This document shows positions 42,104-52,110 of a stretch of 64,000 nt of DNA, one piece after another (the stretch's first letter is position 1; every line of letters begins with the position of its first letter). Source of the DNA: Patescibacteria group bacterium (GTDB lineage Bacteria > Patescibacteriota > Microgenomatia > UBA8517). The notes below the pieces were generated by a model. The model was not told the DNA's origin. It saw only the letters and a program-made list of their open reading frames with translations, and did not search any database. Position numbers and translations under genes: made by a program. The stretch is taken from positions 11,634 to 75,633 of the forward strand of contig JALHYA010000017.1 of the NCBI GenBank assembly GCA_022868165.1, in the 5' to 3' direction.

Positions 42104-42761
42104 GCTCTTTGTAGAGAAGATAGAACGGAATCAGAAAAAATGGTCCCATAAAAATCGCAAAAACCGGTCCGACGTAAGGAATGTTGGCAAAAACCATCTG
42201 AATCAGAATGTAGATAAGTAAAAATACCGAGAATCTTCCCAATATCGGCCAAAATCTTCCTTTAGTCAGCGCCTTGCTTTTTGCCAAAGATTCCTTAACC
42301 GAAGTTCCTTTTGAAATTTGTATAAAAAGCGAAAAGGAAAACCAAATTCCGAAAATTATTCCTGGAATTATAAGAAGGACAAATCCTAAAGCCATAATCA
42401 GTCCTCTGGCCAAACTTACAAGAAAGAAGCACCAGGTCTTTTTCCATGAAGTTAAAAGAGTCTCCTTTACTACAAGGGTTCTGCCCTCAACAGCTCTGAT
42501 TACCGCTTCATAGGTAGCTGCTTGAAACCAAATACCGATGATGGCAAGCGGGATTGCCGAGGCCACCAAGGGCAATATAAAAGCAGGTTGTCTCGCAGCA
42601 TTCGAGCCGGTTCCTTTTGCAACCACAAAAAATATGCTCGTAGCAATTGATAAAACCAAAAACAGCAAACCGAGTTTTAGGAAATAAATCAAATTTTTCT
42701 TCTCAAAATAAATTTTGAATGCTTCCCTAATATATAAAACCGGTGACGAAAGTTTTTTCAT
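42096..42761 (-). CDS. polytopic membrane protein, function unknown
   Basis: 221 aa, about 6 TM helices. 4-nt overlap with the upstream serine hydrolase gene. Confidence 0.6.
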   Translation of the reverse strand: MKKLSSPVLYIREAFKIYFEKKNLIYFLKLGLLFLVLSIATSIFFVVAKGTGSNAARQPAFILPLVASAIPLAIIGIWFQAATYEAVIRAVEGRTLVVKETLLTSWKKTWCFFLVSLARGLIMALGFVLLIIPGIIFGIWFSFSLFIQISKGTSVKESLAKSKALTKGRFWPILGRFSVFLLIYILIQMVFANIPYVGPVFAIFMGPFFLIPFYLLYKELS

Positions 42762-43813
42762 TTTGTCATCCCGTCATAAACGACTTTTGAAATCTCCGAA
42801 ATTGCCGTTTGTGCTTCGCCCAAGTCCGCATCTTTGCTCATAATTACCAAAATATATGGCTTGTCGGCAAAGATAATTCCGGCGTCGTTTACTACCGAAT
42901 CAATCATACCGTATTTGTGGGAAACTCTTACCTGTTTGGGCACTCCTTGGGGAATTAAATCCTCGCGAACGGTGTTGGTAAGAAAATCCAATATCTCTGT
43001 CTTGTATTTTTCCGATACAATCTCATCCCGCCATAGTTTTTTGAAAAAAATCCCAACATCTTTCGGGGTCGTTTGGTTTTCGCTAAACGATGTATTTTCC
43101 ATGCCTATTTCTTTTGTGACTCTTTCAATCTTTTCCACCCCTCCGACTTCGTTTTGTGCTATATAAAGTGCGGTATTATCCGAACCGTTTCCCATTAAAC
43201 GGGCCAGTTCTTCGAGCGTTATAACGGTTCCCTCCGGCTTTTGGGAAAGCTCTCCTGCCCCACCTTGTTTGTCCGAATTAACCAAAGTGTGGGTAGTACT
43301 TAAATCCAAACTTCCATTTTCAACTTCCTTGAAAATCGTTGCCAAAACTTGAAGTTTGTTGAAAGATGCCGACTGAAAAATTTCGCCTTCTCTTTCGCCA
43401 AAGCCAAAGCCGTTTGATAAATCGATAACATAAAAACCGTAAGTTCCAGAAAGTTTGGAGATTTTCTCTTCGAAAGCCAATTTTATTTTGTCGGCTTTAT
43501 CTCTTTGTTCTTTTGTCCCTTCAATTGTGATGGTCCCGCTTCCCCACTCGGGTAGAGAGATTTTTGGAAATTTAGGCAAGGTAAAACCCTCGGAAGAAAT
43601 TGTGAGAAAAGCCGCAACAGAAGCGGTTACCAATAAAGTTGAAAGAACAATTATTCTTTCTTTTCTGCCCCACGGCTTAAGGGGTTCTTTTCTTTTCTTT
43701 TTGTTCTCCGGCCTTAAATCCTTAAAGGATTTCCTTGAAGAACTTTTTTCCTCCAACTCGTCTTCCTCTAAGTCTTCCTCTTCTTCGCTTTTTTTCCTTC
43801 TAAAAAATGGCAT
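42758..43813 (-). CDS. class A beta-lactamase-like serine hydrolase, membrane anchored
   Basis: SxxK (SASFNK), SDN (GSDNTA) and a KTG-like HKYG motif. Charged N-terminus plus a TM helix. Confidence 0.75.
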   Translation of the reverse strand: MPFFRRKKSEEEEDLEEDELEEKSSSRKSFKDLRPENKKKRKEPLKPWGRKERIIVLSTLLVTASVAAFLTISSEGFTLPKFPKISLPEWGSGTITIEGTKEQRDKADKIKLAFEEKISKLSGTYGFYVIDLSNGFGFGEREGEIFQSASFNKLQVLATIFKEVENGSLDLSTTHTLVNSDKQGGAGELSQKPEGTVITLEELARLMGNGSDNTALYIAQNEVGGVEKIERVTKEIGMENTSFSENQTTPKDVGIFFKKLWRDEIVSEKYKTEILDFLTNTVREDLIPQGVPKQVRVSHKYGMIDSVVNDAGIIFADKPYILVIMSKDADLGEAQTAISEISKVVYDGMTK

Positions 43814-43904
43814 AGGATTATTGTACTATCTTCGTATTATATTCGGACTCGTGAAAAACTCAACTTCCTTTGCTTGGCAGGGGATATTTTATGTTCGGAA
43901 GTGC

Positions 43905-44894
43905 TTATTTTCGCCTATTTTCCCACACTTCTTCATTGACTAGGTTTTCGGGCTTTTTGCCTCCTAATGAGTCGAGTATCGTCGAAACTGCCTGTTGACC
44001 CATCTTCTCTCTTGCTTCCAATGTGGCAGAGGCTATATGTGGGGTTGTAATAGTGTTGGGCATTCCAAGAAACTCAGGGTCTATGTTTGGTTCGTTGTCA
44101 TATACATCCAATGCTGCACCGCCTAAGTGTCCAGATTTTAAAGCCTCGATTAGGTCTCTTTCGTCGACTACTTGCCCCCTTGCCGTGTTTACAAGAAAGC
44201 TTCCTTTTTTCATCTTTGCCAAAGTCTCCTTATTAATCATGTGTCTCGTTTCCTCGGTTAAAGGAACATGCAATGACACAAAATCGCTTTTTGCCAAAAG
44301 CTCATCCAATGGAGCAAATTTTATACCAAGTTCCTTTTCTGCTTCCGGATCCGGTTCGTGTTTATTATATAAAACAGTCATGTTGTAACCCTTTGCCCTT
44401 CTTGCAACCATGGTTCCAATCCTCCCCAAACCGATAATTCCTAAGGTCTTACCAATTAAATTTGTCCCGATAAAAATATCCGGCTCCCACCCTTTATATC
44501 CTCCCCTTCTGGTTGCCTCATCTGCCTCAACTATTCTTCTGGCTATAGAAAGAATAAGAGCCCAAGTATGTTCCGCGACCGCTTCGTTTACTTCATCGGA
44601 AGGTGTGTTGCAAACCGGTATTTGCCTATCGCTGGCCGCCTTGATATCGACATTGTCAAATCCTACGGCATAATTGGAAATGATTTTAAGCTGGGGTCCC
44701 GCAGCATCCATTAAGTCCCCATCAATTCTGTCTGTCAGAAGACACAAGAGAGCATCCACCCCTTTTACCTTTTCCACTAATTCTTCTTGTGTAATTGGAC
44801 GGTTGAATTCGGAAATCTCAACCTCGTGTCCAGCTTTTTTAAGCTCTTCCAGGTGCTCTCCTGGAATTTTTCTGGTAACAAATATTTTTGCCAT
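43905..44894 (-). CDS. D-isomer-specific 2-hydroxyacid dehydrogenase (glyoxylate/hydroxypyruvate reductase-like)
   Basis: NAD motif GIIGLGRIGTMVARRA, catalytic R/E/H context (NTARG...TPHIASAT). Met at 44894 (MAKIFVTRK) avoids overlap with the upstream kinase; the maximal ORF runs to 45029. Confidence 0.85.
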   Translation of the reverse strand: MAKIFVTRKIPGEHLEELKKAGHEVEISEFNRPITQEELVEKVKGVDALLCLLTDRIDGDLMDAAGPQLKIISNYAVGFDNVDIKAASDRQIPVCNTPSDEVNEAVAEHTWALILSIARRIVEADEATRRGGYKGWEPDIFIGTNLIGKTLGIIGLGRIGTMVARRAKGYNMTVLYNKHEPDPEAEKELGIKFAPLDELLAKSDFVSLHVPLTEETRHMINKETLAKMKKGSFLVNTARGQVVDERDLIEALKSGHLGGAALDVYDNEPNIDPEFLGMPNTITTPHIASATLEAREKMGQQAVSTILDSLGGKKPENLVNEEVWENRRK

Positions 44895-44899
44895 TATCG

Positions 44900-45889
44900 T
44901 CAAAATTCTTCTACCTTTACTCCGCTTGAGCGTGCTCTCTCTAACCATTCTGGCATTTCTTCGGAGGTTAGCAAGCCCTTTTGCGAACCGGTATAGCCTA
45001 TCACCGAGGCGGAATTTACCGTTCCCCAAATTAGCGCCTCGCCGATATCTTTCCCTTTAATTACTGCGCTCAAAAACCCTGATCCGAAAGCATCTCCGGC
45101 CCCGGTTCTTTCGAAAGCATCGACCGGCAAAACTCCGACTTTCAACCCCTTTACCAAGTCGTAAGCAAAGGCTCCATTGCCCCCGTCGGTTATTACGCAA
45201 ATCTTGGGGCCCAGCTTATTAAGGGCCACACATAAATCTTTCTCTTTGCCGTGCGAAGGCCCAAAACCTGTTAGCTTTTCCGCTTCTTCCCTGTTCACAA
45301 AAATAATAAAAGTCATAGCCAATACGTCGGCAATTTCCTTTACTCCTCCTTTTAGCTGCCAGCTACCAGGGTTAAATACCAACTTGGTATTGGGATTTTT
45401 CCTCAGCCAGTCTAAGAAATGATTATAAAAAGGCCGGTAACTTTCTCCCATTGAAGTAAGATATGCCCAGGGAACATTCGGCAGCTGTACCGGAAATTCG
45501 TAAGAGCGCGGTGCATGAAAGGTAAAAATCGTTCTTTCCCCCGAATAATTGATTACAGTTGAATAGTTCGAAGCCGTGGAAGGCTGCTGAAAAACGTAAG
45601 TTAAATCGATTCCTTCTGCTTGGAGTTTCTCCACCAGCATTCCTCCTATGTAATCGTCGCCCAAAGTAAGAACAAGAGCATCTGTAACTCCTAACCTTTT
45701 TGCTCCAACGGCGTTGTTGGCGGCATTCCCGCCGACCGAAAACTGGAGATTTTTTACGGGAATTTTTTGGCCGTAGGAAAAAGCTATAAAGCACTCCTTT
45801 GTGTCAATCTGGCATAGCTGTTCGGACTCGGTCGGAGCCATAAAAACGTCTATCGACGCATCGCCTATGGACAGTAGGTCATAATTCAT
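44900..45889 (-). CDS. PfkB-family carbohydrate kinase
   Basis: 329 aa. N-terminal GG motif (SVGGNAANNA) and C-terminal TGAGDAFGSGF anion-hole motif. Confidence 0.85.
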   Translation of the reverse strand: MNYDLLSIGDASIDVFMAPTESEQLCQIDTKECFIAFSYGQKIPVKNLQFSVGGNAANNAVGAKRLGVTDALVLTLGDDYIGGMLVEKLQAEGIDLTYVFQQPSTASNYSTVINYSGERTIFTFHAPRSYEFPVQLPNVPWAYLTSMGESYRPFYNHFLDWLRKNPNTKLVFNPGSWQLKGGVKEIADVLAMTFIIFVNREEAEKLTGFGPSHGKEKDLCVALNKLGPKICVITDGGNGAFAYDLVKGLKVGVLPVDAFERTGAGDAFGSGFLSAVIKGKDIGEALIWGTVNSASVIGYTGSQKGLLTSEEMPEWLERARSSGVKVEEF

Positions 45890-46898
45890 TTTCCATCTCC
45901 TCCAAATACTGCCCCTGAGAAGCCAAACTATTTAGCTTAGCCCGTTTATATAAAGCAGACTGGACTGCTTTTCCGTTCTCCACCTCGTTTTTCCAAATCT
46001 CCATTGCTGGACCTTCAAGCCCGCGCTCGAATGAGAAACTTACTTTCCAAGGCAAATCTTTCGTTTTACAAATCTCATTTAGCCTTGCCGTTGCAAGGAT
46101 CACATCCTGACCTCCGGAAAGAAAAACAATACCAGGAACTTCTTTCGGAACCGTCTTAAGAAGGGTTCGAATTGTCATCTGGGCTACTTCTTCTAAACCA
46201 GCCTGGGTCTGACACTTGTATCCGGACAAAACCATATTGGGTTTAAGAATTATTCCTTCCAGAGCTACTTTTTGCTCTTTGAGTTGGGCAAAAACATTCA
46301 AAAGAACAGCGGTAGTGATTTCCTCTGACTTTTCAATTGTGTGTTCCCCATCCATCAAGACTTCGGGTTCAACTATTGGAACCAATCCCTGCTCCTGGCA
46401 AAATTTTGCATAACTGGCCAACCTCTGAGCATTTGGCTCGATACACCTCTGGGATGGTATTCCATCCCCGATGCTGATTACCGCTCTCCATTTGGCAAAT
46501 TTTGCTCCCATTTGTTTGTACTCGGCAAGCCTTTCACTCAAGCCTTCAAGTCCTTCTGTTACCTTTTCCTCCGGAGAGCCTTCAAGCTCCACAGTTCCTT
46601 TGTCGACTTTGATTCCGGGAACAATTCCCTGTTTTTGTAATAGATCGACAAAACCGATTCCCTCTGAAGTTCTTTGTCTGATGGTTTCGTCGTAAAGAAT
46701 TACCCCCGAAATAAATTCTCCCAAACCTGGGGTACTAATAAGAACTTCCCTAAACATCGTGCGCGTTTCAAGCGTTGGAGTAATTCCAGCCGCTGTCAAT
46801 CTCTTATCCATTGTTGGAGTTGAGGCATCGGTCGCCCAAATTCCCTTTCCGGGTGCCACCAATTCTTTGGCGGTAGATTCAAGATCATTCTCAGCCAT
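45879..46898 (-). CDS. fructose-bisphosphate aldolase, class I
   Basis: GKGIWATDASTPTMDKRL N-terminal motif and the Schiff-base lysine context ILKPNMV. About 340 aa. Confidence 0.85.
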   Translation of the reverse strand: MAENDLESTAKELVAPGKGIWATDASTPTMDKRLTAAGITPTLETRTMFREVLISTPGLGEFISGVILYDETIRQRTSEGIGFVDLLQKQGIVPGIKVDKGTVELEGSPEEKVTEGLEGLSERLAEYKQMGAKFAKWRAVISIGDGIPSQRCIEPNAQRLASYAKFCQEQGLVPIVEPEVLMDGEHTIEKSEEITTAVLLNVFAQLKEQKVALEGIILKPNMVLSGYKCQTQAGLEEVAQMTIRTLLKTVPKEVPGIVFLSGGQDVILATARLNEICKTKDLPWKVSFSFERGLEGPAMEIWKNEVENGKAVQSALYKRAKLNSLASQGQYLEEMENEL

Positions 46899-47913
46899 TT
46901 TTTTCCTTTTTAACTATTACTCTTTTGACCGCTTCAACAATACTTTTGGATTTCATTCCGTATTTTTCCAGAAGCTCGTCGGGCGCACCCGATTCGCCAA
47001 AATGGTCCGGCATTCCGACAAATTCCATTGGAGTCGGGTAATTTCTGGCCAATGTTTCTGCCACTGCGCCACCCAATCCGCCGGTAATTTGATGCTCTTC
47101 AACCGTAACGACCGCTCCGGTAGTTTTTGCTGCTCGGATTATTGCTTGCTCGTCTAAGGGTTTAAGCGTATGGGAATTGAGCACCAAAACATCGATTCCT
47201 TTCTTTTCCAGCTCTTTTGCCGCCAATAGGGCTTCATAAACTAAGGGTCCGCAGGCGACTATGGCGACTAACGGATCGCCATGTCGTCCTGAGATTGTCG
47301 AAGGACCCCATAGAACTTCTGCACGACCGATCTTAAAAGGAGTATCTTCGGTTGTAAAAACGGGGGATTTTTCGCGGGCAAAGCGAATATAAACAGGGTG
47401 TTCGGTTTTGGCCGCCGCCACGGTTGCCTTCTTGGCCTCGAGACTGTCGCAAGGAGCAATAACCGTCATGTTGGGCATTGCCCGCATCAAAGCCATATCC
47501 TCAAGCATCTGGTGTGTGGCTCCGTCGGGCCCGACGGATATGCCGGCATGTGCTCCGGCAATCTTTACCGGCACATCGTTTAAGGCAATTGTGGTTCTAA
47601 TTTGTTCCCAATTTCTTCCGGGAGAAAAAGCGGCGTAACTACTTATAAAAGGAATTTTGCCGTAATTTGCCATTCCCGCGGCAATTGTAGCGAGAGCTTG
47701 CTCGGCAACTCCAACCTCAATAAATCTCTCGGGGAAACGCTCCTTAAAAAGAATCGAGCGGGTACTCTCGGTCACGTCCGCGCACAAAACTACAACTCTT
47801 TCGTCCTTCTCCCCCACCGCCACCAACCCTTCCCCATATCCCTGCCGGGTGGGAATCATTTCTATATCCTTCTGGAAAATCTTTTTGGATAGTTTCGCTT
47901 CCTTATTAATCAT
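46891..47913 (-). CDS. transketolase, C-terminal (pyrimidine-binding) subunit
   Basis: PTRQGYGEGL ... FIEVGVAEQ ... typical of the split transketolase B subunit. Met at 47913 gives an 8-nt overlap with the N-terminal subunit gene. Confidence 0.88.
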   Translation of the reverse strand: MINKEAKLSKKIFQKDIEMIPTRQGYGEGLVAVGEKDERVVVLCADVTESTRSILFKERFPERFIEVGVAEQALATIAAGMANYGKIPFISSYAAFSPGRNWEQIRTTIALNDVPVKIAGAHAGISVGPDGATHQMLEDMALMRAMPNMTVIAPCDSLEAKKATVAAAKTEHPVYIRFAREKSPVFTTEDTPFKIGRAEVLWGPSTISGRHGDPLVAIVACGPLVYEALLAAKELEKKGIDVLVLNSHTLKPLDEQAIIRAAKTTGAVVTVEEHQITGGLGGAVAETLARNYPTPMEFVGMPDHFGESGAPDELLEKYGMKSKSIVEAVKRVIVKKEKNG

Positions 47914-48757
47914 TTTCGCTTTTGATTTTTCCTCCCAACGTTCTGAGCTCTCTAAGGGCAATCTTTGCCTCCTCGGCTGTGGGAGGCTTACCGTGCCATT
48001 CAGGAAGGTTTTCCATAAAAGAAACCCCTTTGCCCGGAATTGTGTGGGCGATAATTACGGTTGGATTCTCATAAACTGCGCGGGCTTGTTCGACCGCATC
48101 GATAATTTGCTCGATATTGTGACCGTCGACTTCTATCACTGTCCAATTAAACGCTCTATATTTATCAACCAGAGGCTCAAGCGGCATCACATCTTCGGTG
48201 TGGCCGTCTATTTGGATATTGTTTCTATCAACTATTACGGTGAGATTTGAAAGGTTATATTTACCGGCAAAAAATACGGCCTCCCAGTGGTTTCCTTCGT
48301 CGTGTTCCCCGTCGGAACAGATACAAAACACTCTGAATCTTTTTCCGTCCATACGCGCAGCGTATGCATAACCCGAGGCTTGAGCCAAACCGCTGCCCAA
48401 AGGACCGGAAGTTGTTTCGACCCCGGGAAGCCTTAGCCTTTCGGGATGTCCTTGAAGTCTGGTTCCAAGATGACGCAGAGTTTTGAGTTCTGAAATCGGA
48501 AAATATCCCGCATGCGCCATTGTGGCGTAGCGCACCGGACAAATATGCCCGTTTGAAAGAATTAATCTGTCTCTATCTTCCCAAAAAGGATTTTTGGGGT
48601 CATGGTTCATAATCGCGAAGTATAGGGCGGTGAAAATATCTGCCGTTCCCAAAGGCCCTGCGGAGTGGCCGCTTCCGGCGGCCACGAGCATTTTTATTAT
48701 GTCCTTGCGGATATCATTGGCCTTCTTTTGAAGCTTTTCGATTGTATATTTGGGCAT
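47906..48757 (-). CDS. transketolase, N-terminal (TPP-binding) subunit
   Basis: GSGHSAGPLG, GHPE and SDGEHDEGNHWEA (GDG-x-N-like TPP motif). Confidence 0.88.
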   Translation of the reverse strand: MPKYTIEKLQKKANDIRKDIIKMLVAAGSGHSAGPLGTADIFTALYFAIMNHDPKNPFWEDRDRLILSNGHICPVRYATMAHAGYFPISELKTLRHLGTRLQGHPERLRLPGVETTSGPLGSGLAQASGYAYAARMDGKRFRVFCICSDGEHDEGNHWEAVFFAGKYNLSNLTVIVDRNNIQIDGHTEDVMPLEPLVDKYRAFNWTVIEVDGHNIEQIIDAVEQARAVYENPTVIIAHTIPGKGVSFMENLPEWHGKPPTAEEAKIALRELRTLGGKIKSEND

Positions 48758-48771
48758 GACAGAAAAAAATT

Positions 48772-49374
48772 TTAAAGTTGGAATGCTTTTTCATTATCAT
48801 GGGCATGATTTTGCCCCCCCAAAGCTTGTTCAAAAGATTGTATTGCCTGGAAAGCCTCCTTGGGAGAGTTGACCACTCTATAAACTTTCAATTCCTCCGG
48901 TCTTATTCGCATATTATCTACAAAGGCTTTAACAATATTGTTCCAAAACTCGCCGTATAGAAGAAGCGGCTTGTGGTGTCCAAAATACAGCCTTGCCAAT
49001 CCCCAGGCCATTCCAAATTCCGAAATTGTTCCGGTACCTCCACGGAAAATTACATAAACGTCTCCCAACTCCAAAAGCTTTAGTGTCCTTTCCAGATAAT
49101 TATTCGTTTTAATCTCTTCGTCAATCGGATTTCCCGGGTCTTTTCCTTCAAAGTTTGTTATGTCTTTCGGGTAAAAAGTAACTCCGATGGCCTTTCCGCC
49201 CGCAGCTTTCGCTCCCTCCGACACGGCTTTCATCGTCCCCGGCCCGCCTCCGTTGATTGCAACATAGCCTTTCTCTGTCAGAAACTTTGCAACCTCAAAG
49301 GCCTCTTTATAAAGGGGGTCATTTACCGCCGCATCCGCAAATCCAAAGTATGATATTTGTTTGATCTTTTTCAC
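48772..49374 (-). CDS. LOG family / TIGR00730 protein (nucleotide 5'-monophosphate nucleosidase-like)
   Basis: INGGGPGTMKAVSEGA and FRGGTGTISEF (PGGxGTxxE) motifs. Confidence 0.82.
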   Translation of the reverse strand: MKKIKQISYFGFADAAVNDPLYKEAFEVAKFLTEKGYVAINGGGPGTMKAVSEGAKAAGGKAIGVTFYPKDITNFEGKDPGNPIDEEIKTNNYLERTLKLLELGDVYVIFRGGTGTISEFGMAWGLARLYFGHHKPLLLYGEFWNNIVKAFVDNMRIRPEELKVYRVVNSPKEAFQAIQSFEQALGGQNHAHDNEKAFQL

Positions 49375-50027
49375 TATTTTTTGTTATACGCTGCTCTAAT
49401 GTATCTGTCTATATTCTCCGCCAAGTTCCCATCGAAAAGTCTTCGGCCGATAACTATCTCGTCGGCACCGGCTATCCTCGTATCATCAATTGTATCAGGA
49501 GTTTCCCCTCCATCGACGCATATTTTAAACGGTGTTGCATCTCGGGACCTAATTTCATCTAGTTCTCTTATTTTGGTGAGTGCTTTTGACTCAAACTTTT
49601 GCCCACCAAACCCCGCCCTTACGGCCATAACAAGAACCACATCCAAATTGGTAAGAATTGTCGGGTCGAGAGCGGAAACCGGTGTGTCCAAATCGATAGC
49701 AAGTCCAACAGAAAGAGCAACTTCGGAAACTTTGCCGACAAAATCGACTTGGCTTGCCATTTTCTCAATTTGTCCGACTATTCTCTCTGCCCCGGCCCGA
49801 ACGCATCTTTCAACCCAATCTGTGGGTTCTTTTGTCATTAAATGGAAATCCAGCATCAAATCGGTATCAAAATTTTCCAAAACAGAAGGGTCTATTGTTT
49901 TACTTTGGGCAAATTGGCCATCGATTATGTCAACCTGCACCCTGTCAACAACATCCTCGGCTCGTTTTAACAGCGCCTCCACTTCTTGAGGATTTGACGA
50001 AAGTATTGCGGGGATTACTTTAAACAT
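49374..50027 (-). CDS. rpe: ribulose-phosphate 3-epimerase-like protein
   Basis: VDIIDGQFA, DFHLM, VLVMAVRAGFGGQKF and VDGG motifs parallel the Rpe signature H-DxMDG / D-HLM / M-V-PGFGGQ / VDGG. Divergent. Confidence 0.72.
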   Translation of the reverse strand: MFKVIPAILSSNPQEVEALLKRAEDVVDRVQVDIIDGQFAQSKTIDPSVLENFDTDLMLDFHLMTKEPTDWVERCVRAGAERIVGQIEKMASQVDFVGKVSEVALSVGLAIDLDTPVSALDPTILTNLDVVLVMAVRAGFGGQKFESKALTKIRELDEIRSRDATPFKICVDGGETPDTIDDTRIAGADEIVIGRRLFDGNLAENIDRYIRAAYNKK

Positions 50028-51133
50028 TACGGGCTTTGATGGAAAGACAAAGTAATTGCATCAGTCGGCGCTTTCTCGGAAGATAAGGTTCTCCCGACTC
50101 TTATTACCTGCTCAACTAGCCTATTTGCATAACCCCATTCATTATCATACCAAGCAAAAACCTTGACAAGATTTCCTCCGACTACCTGGGTAAGGCCCAG
50201 ATCAACAATCGCCGATTCGCTTCTACCGATTATGTCGGATGAAACCAGCGGCTCTTCGGTTGTTGCCAGTATTCCTTTATATAAAGGGTTTTTTTCTGCC
50301 TCCTTAAAAGCCTGGTTAACCTCTTCTAGAGTCACATTTTTCTTCAAAATGATCGCAAAATCGGTTATTGAACCGGTTAAAACCGGAATTCTTAGGGCTC
50401 TTCCGTCGAAAAGACCTTTAAGCTCCGGTATAGTCTCCGTTGTTGAAATTGCCGCACCGGTTGAAGTCGGAATAATATTTTGGGCTGCGGCGCGCGCCCT
50501 ACGAAGGTCTTTGTGCGAACCGTCCTGAATATTTTGATCGTCGGTATAGGCATGGGAAGTTGTCATTGCCGCTTTTTCTATCCCGAATTTTGCGTGAAGA
50601 ACGGCAGCAACCGGCGCAACACAGTTGGTTGTACAGGAAGAATTCGACAAAATTTCCGTCTCGCCTTTGTACTGGTTTACCCCAATTATGTAGGTGTTTA
50701 CATTTCCCCCCTTAACCGGAGCGGAAATAACTACTCGTTTTGCACCGCCGACAGCGTGCTTTTTGGCATCTTCTTCGCTGGTAAACTTACCGGTAGACTC
50801 GATAACAACATCTACCCCGTATTTTGCCCAAGGAATTTTTGAGGGGTCTTTCTGGGCCAAAACGGGAATTTTTTTGCCGTCGGCAATCAAATTCCCAATT
50901 TGCGGTTCTTCATCAGTAGCCTCCTCGGGCTTTTTTAGTTCTTCACTTTTAATTTCCTTCTCAAATTTTCTATAAGTCGTATCGTAATTAACAAGATGCG
51001 CCCAACCTGCAGTTTCCATGCTGCCGGAGGTATTTATTGCAGAGAATTCCAATTCCTGAGAGTGCTTAAGAAGCCCTATTCTGAAAGCTATTCTTCCTAT
51101 TCTTCCAAATCCATTAATGCCTACCTTCACCAT
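50027..51133 (-). CDS. gap: glyceraldehyde-3-phosphate dehydrogenase (type I) with insertion and C-terminal tail
   Basis: MVKVGINGFGRIGR start (Met at 51133; maximal ORF to 51202). Catalytic SCTTNC. About 20-aa acidic insert (KEIKSEELKKPEEATDEEPQ). Confidence 0.9.
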   Translation of the reverse strand: MVKVGINGFGRIGRIAFRIGLLKHSQELEFSAINTSGSMETAGWAHLVNYDTTYRKFEKEIKSEELKKPEEATDEEPQIGNLIADGKKIPVLAQKDPSKIPWAKYGVDVVIESTGKFTSEEDAKKHAVGGAKRVVISAPVKGGNVNTYIIGVNQYKGETEILSNSSCTTNCVAPVAAVLHAKFGIEKAAMTTSHAYTDDQNIQDGSHKDLRRARAAAQNIIPTSTGAAISTTETIPELKGLFDGRALRIPVLTGSITDFAIILKKNVTLEEVNQAFKEAEKNPLYKGILATTEEPLVSSDIIGRSESAIVDLGLTQVVGGNLVKVFAWYDNEWGYANRLVEQVIRVGRTLSSEKAPTDAITLSFHQSP

Positions 51134-51174
51134 GGCAGTTATAATTTTAAGTATATCGTATAATCCTAAGTTAT

Positions 51175-51861
51175 ATGAAGGTTTCTGTGGTAATTCCGGC
51201 ATTTAACGAAGAAAAATACATCAAAAAAAGTTTGGCGAGCGTAATGAACCAAAAAGTTGAGGCTGACGAAATAATTGTTGTAAACAATAATAGCCGCGAC
51301 AGAACCGAAGAAATTGCCATTGGTATGGGTGCAAAAGTGGTGCGCGAGCCCAAACAGGGAATGATTCCGGCAAGAAACAGAGGTTTCGACTCGGCTAAAT
51401 ACGAAATAATAGCCCGAATCGATGCCGATGTTATAGTTCCAACCGATTGGATAAAACAAATAAAAAAGAGCTTTGAAAAGAAAAATTATGATGCCTTTAC
51501 CGGTCCTGTCACATTCAACGATCTTTTTGCCAAGCCCACATCCACACTCCCTTCAAAAATATATCTGGAATCATTAAGCGTGCTCACGAGAGGAAATAGA
51601 TACCTAATGGGCCCCAACATGACTCTTAAGCGGGATATTTGGCTTAAAGTGCGCAGATTGGTAAATCTTGATGATTCAAAAGTACATGAAGACATTGATT
51701 TGTCACTCAACATCATTAAGGTTGGTGGAAAAATCGGGTTCGACCCCGACCTGGTAGTACAAATATCGGCTAGGAGAATTAAAAAACACCCCGAATCTTT
51801 TTTCCTGGAATACCCTGCGAGAATAGTAAAAACTTTCTTAATAAATAAGATTAAGAAATAA
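51175..51861 (+). CDS. glycosyltransferase family 2
   Basis: VSVVIPAFNEEKYI N-terminus, DxD-like RIDADV. 228 aa. Confidence 0.85.
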   Translation: MKVSVVIPAFNEEKYIKKSLASVMNQKVEADEIIVVNNNSRDRTEEIAIGMGAKVVREPKQGMIPARNRGFDSAKYEIIARIDADVIVPTDWIKQIKKSFEKKNYDAFTGPVTFNDLFAKPTSTLPSKIYLESLSVLTRGNRYLMGPNMTLKRDIWLKVRRLVNLDDSKVHEDIDLSLNIIKVGGKIGFDPDLVVQISARRIKKHPESFFLEYPARIVKTFLINKIKK

Positions 51862-51876
51862 TTCCCAGCACTCTGC

Positions 51877-52077
51877 TTACTTCTTTTTTGTAAGCATGGC
51901 GTAAGCTCCCCAAAGGCCTGCAACCCCGACTAATATGTAAACAACCTTAACTAACATTGGCCAGCTGCCCAATAGGCTTCCAATTAAGTCAAAATTCATG
52001 AAACCCATTAGTCCCACCTCTATAGCTCCAAGTACAACTAACCATTTGGAAACTGTCTTTAATTTCATTCTCCTCAC
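51877..52077 (-). CDS. DUF378 small membrane protein
   Basis: LVVLGAIEVGLMGFMNFDLIGSLLG...VYILVGVAGLWG matches the DUF378 pattern. Confidence 0.7.
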   Translation of the reverse strand: MRRMKLKTVSKWLVVLGAIEVGLMGFMNFDLIGSLLGSWPMLVKVVYILVGVAGLWGAYAMLTKKK

Positions 52078-52110
52078 CCTCTCTCTGCATTAACTTTAGC
52101 ACGTTTCGTT

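Noticed and set aside
49357-49989. 210-aa plus-strand ORF antisense to the rpe-like gene.
   Set aside because: It is a Ser/Thr/Ile-rich mirror-frame product. The minus-strand frame has the Rpe motif series and fits the operon.
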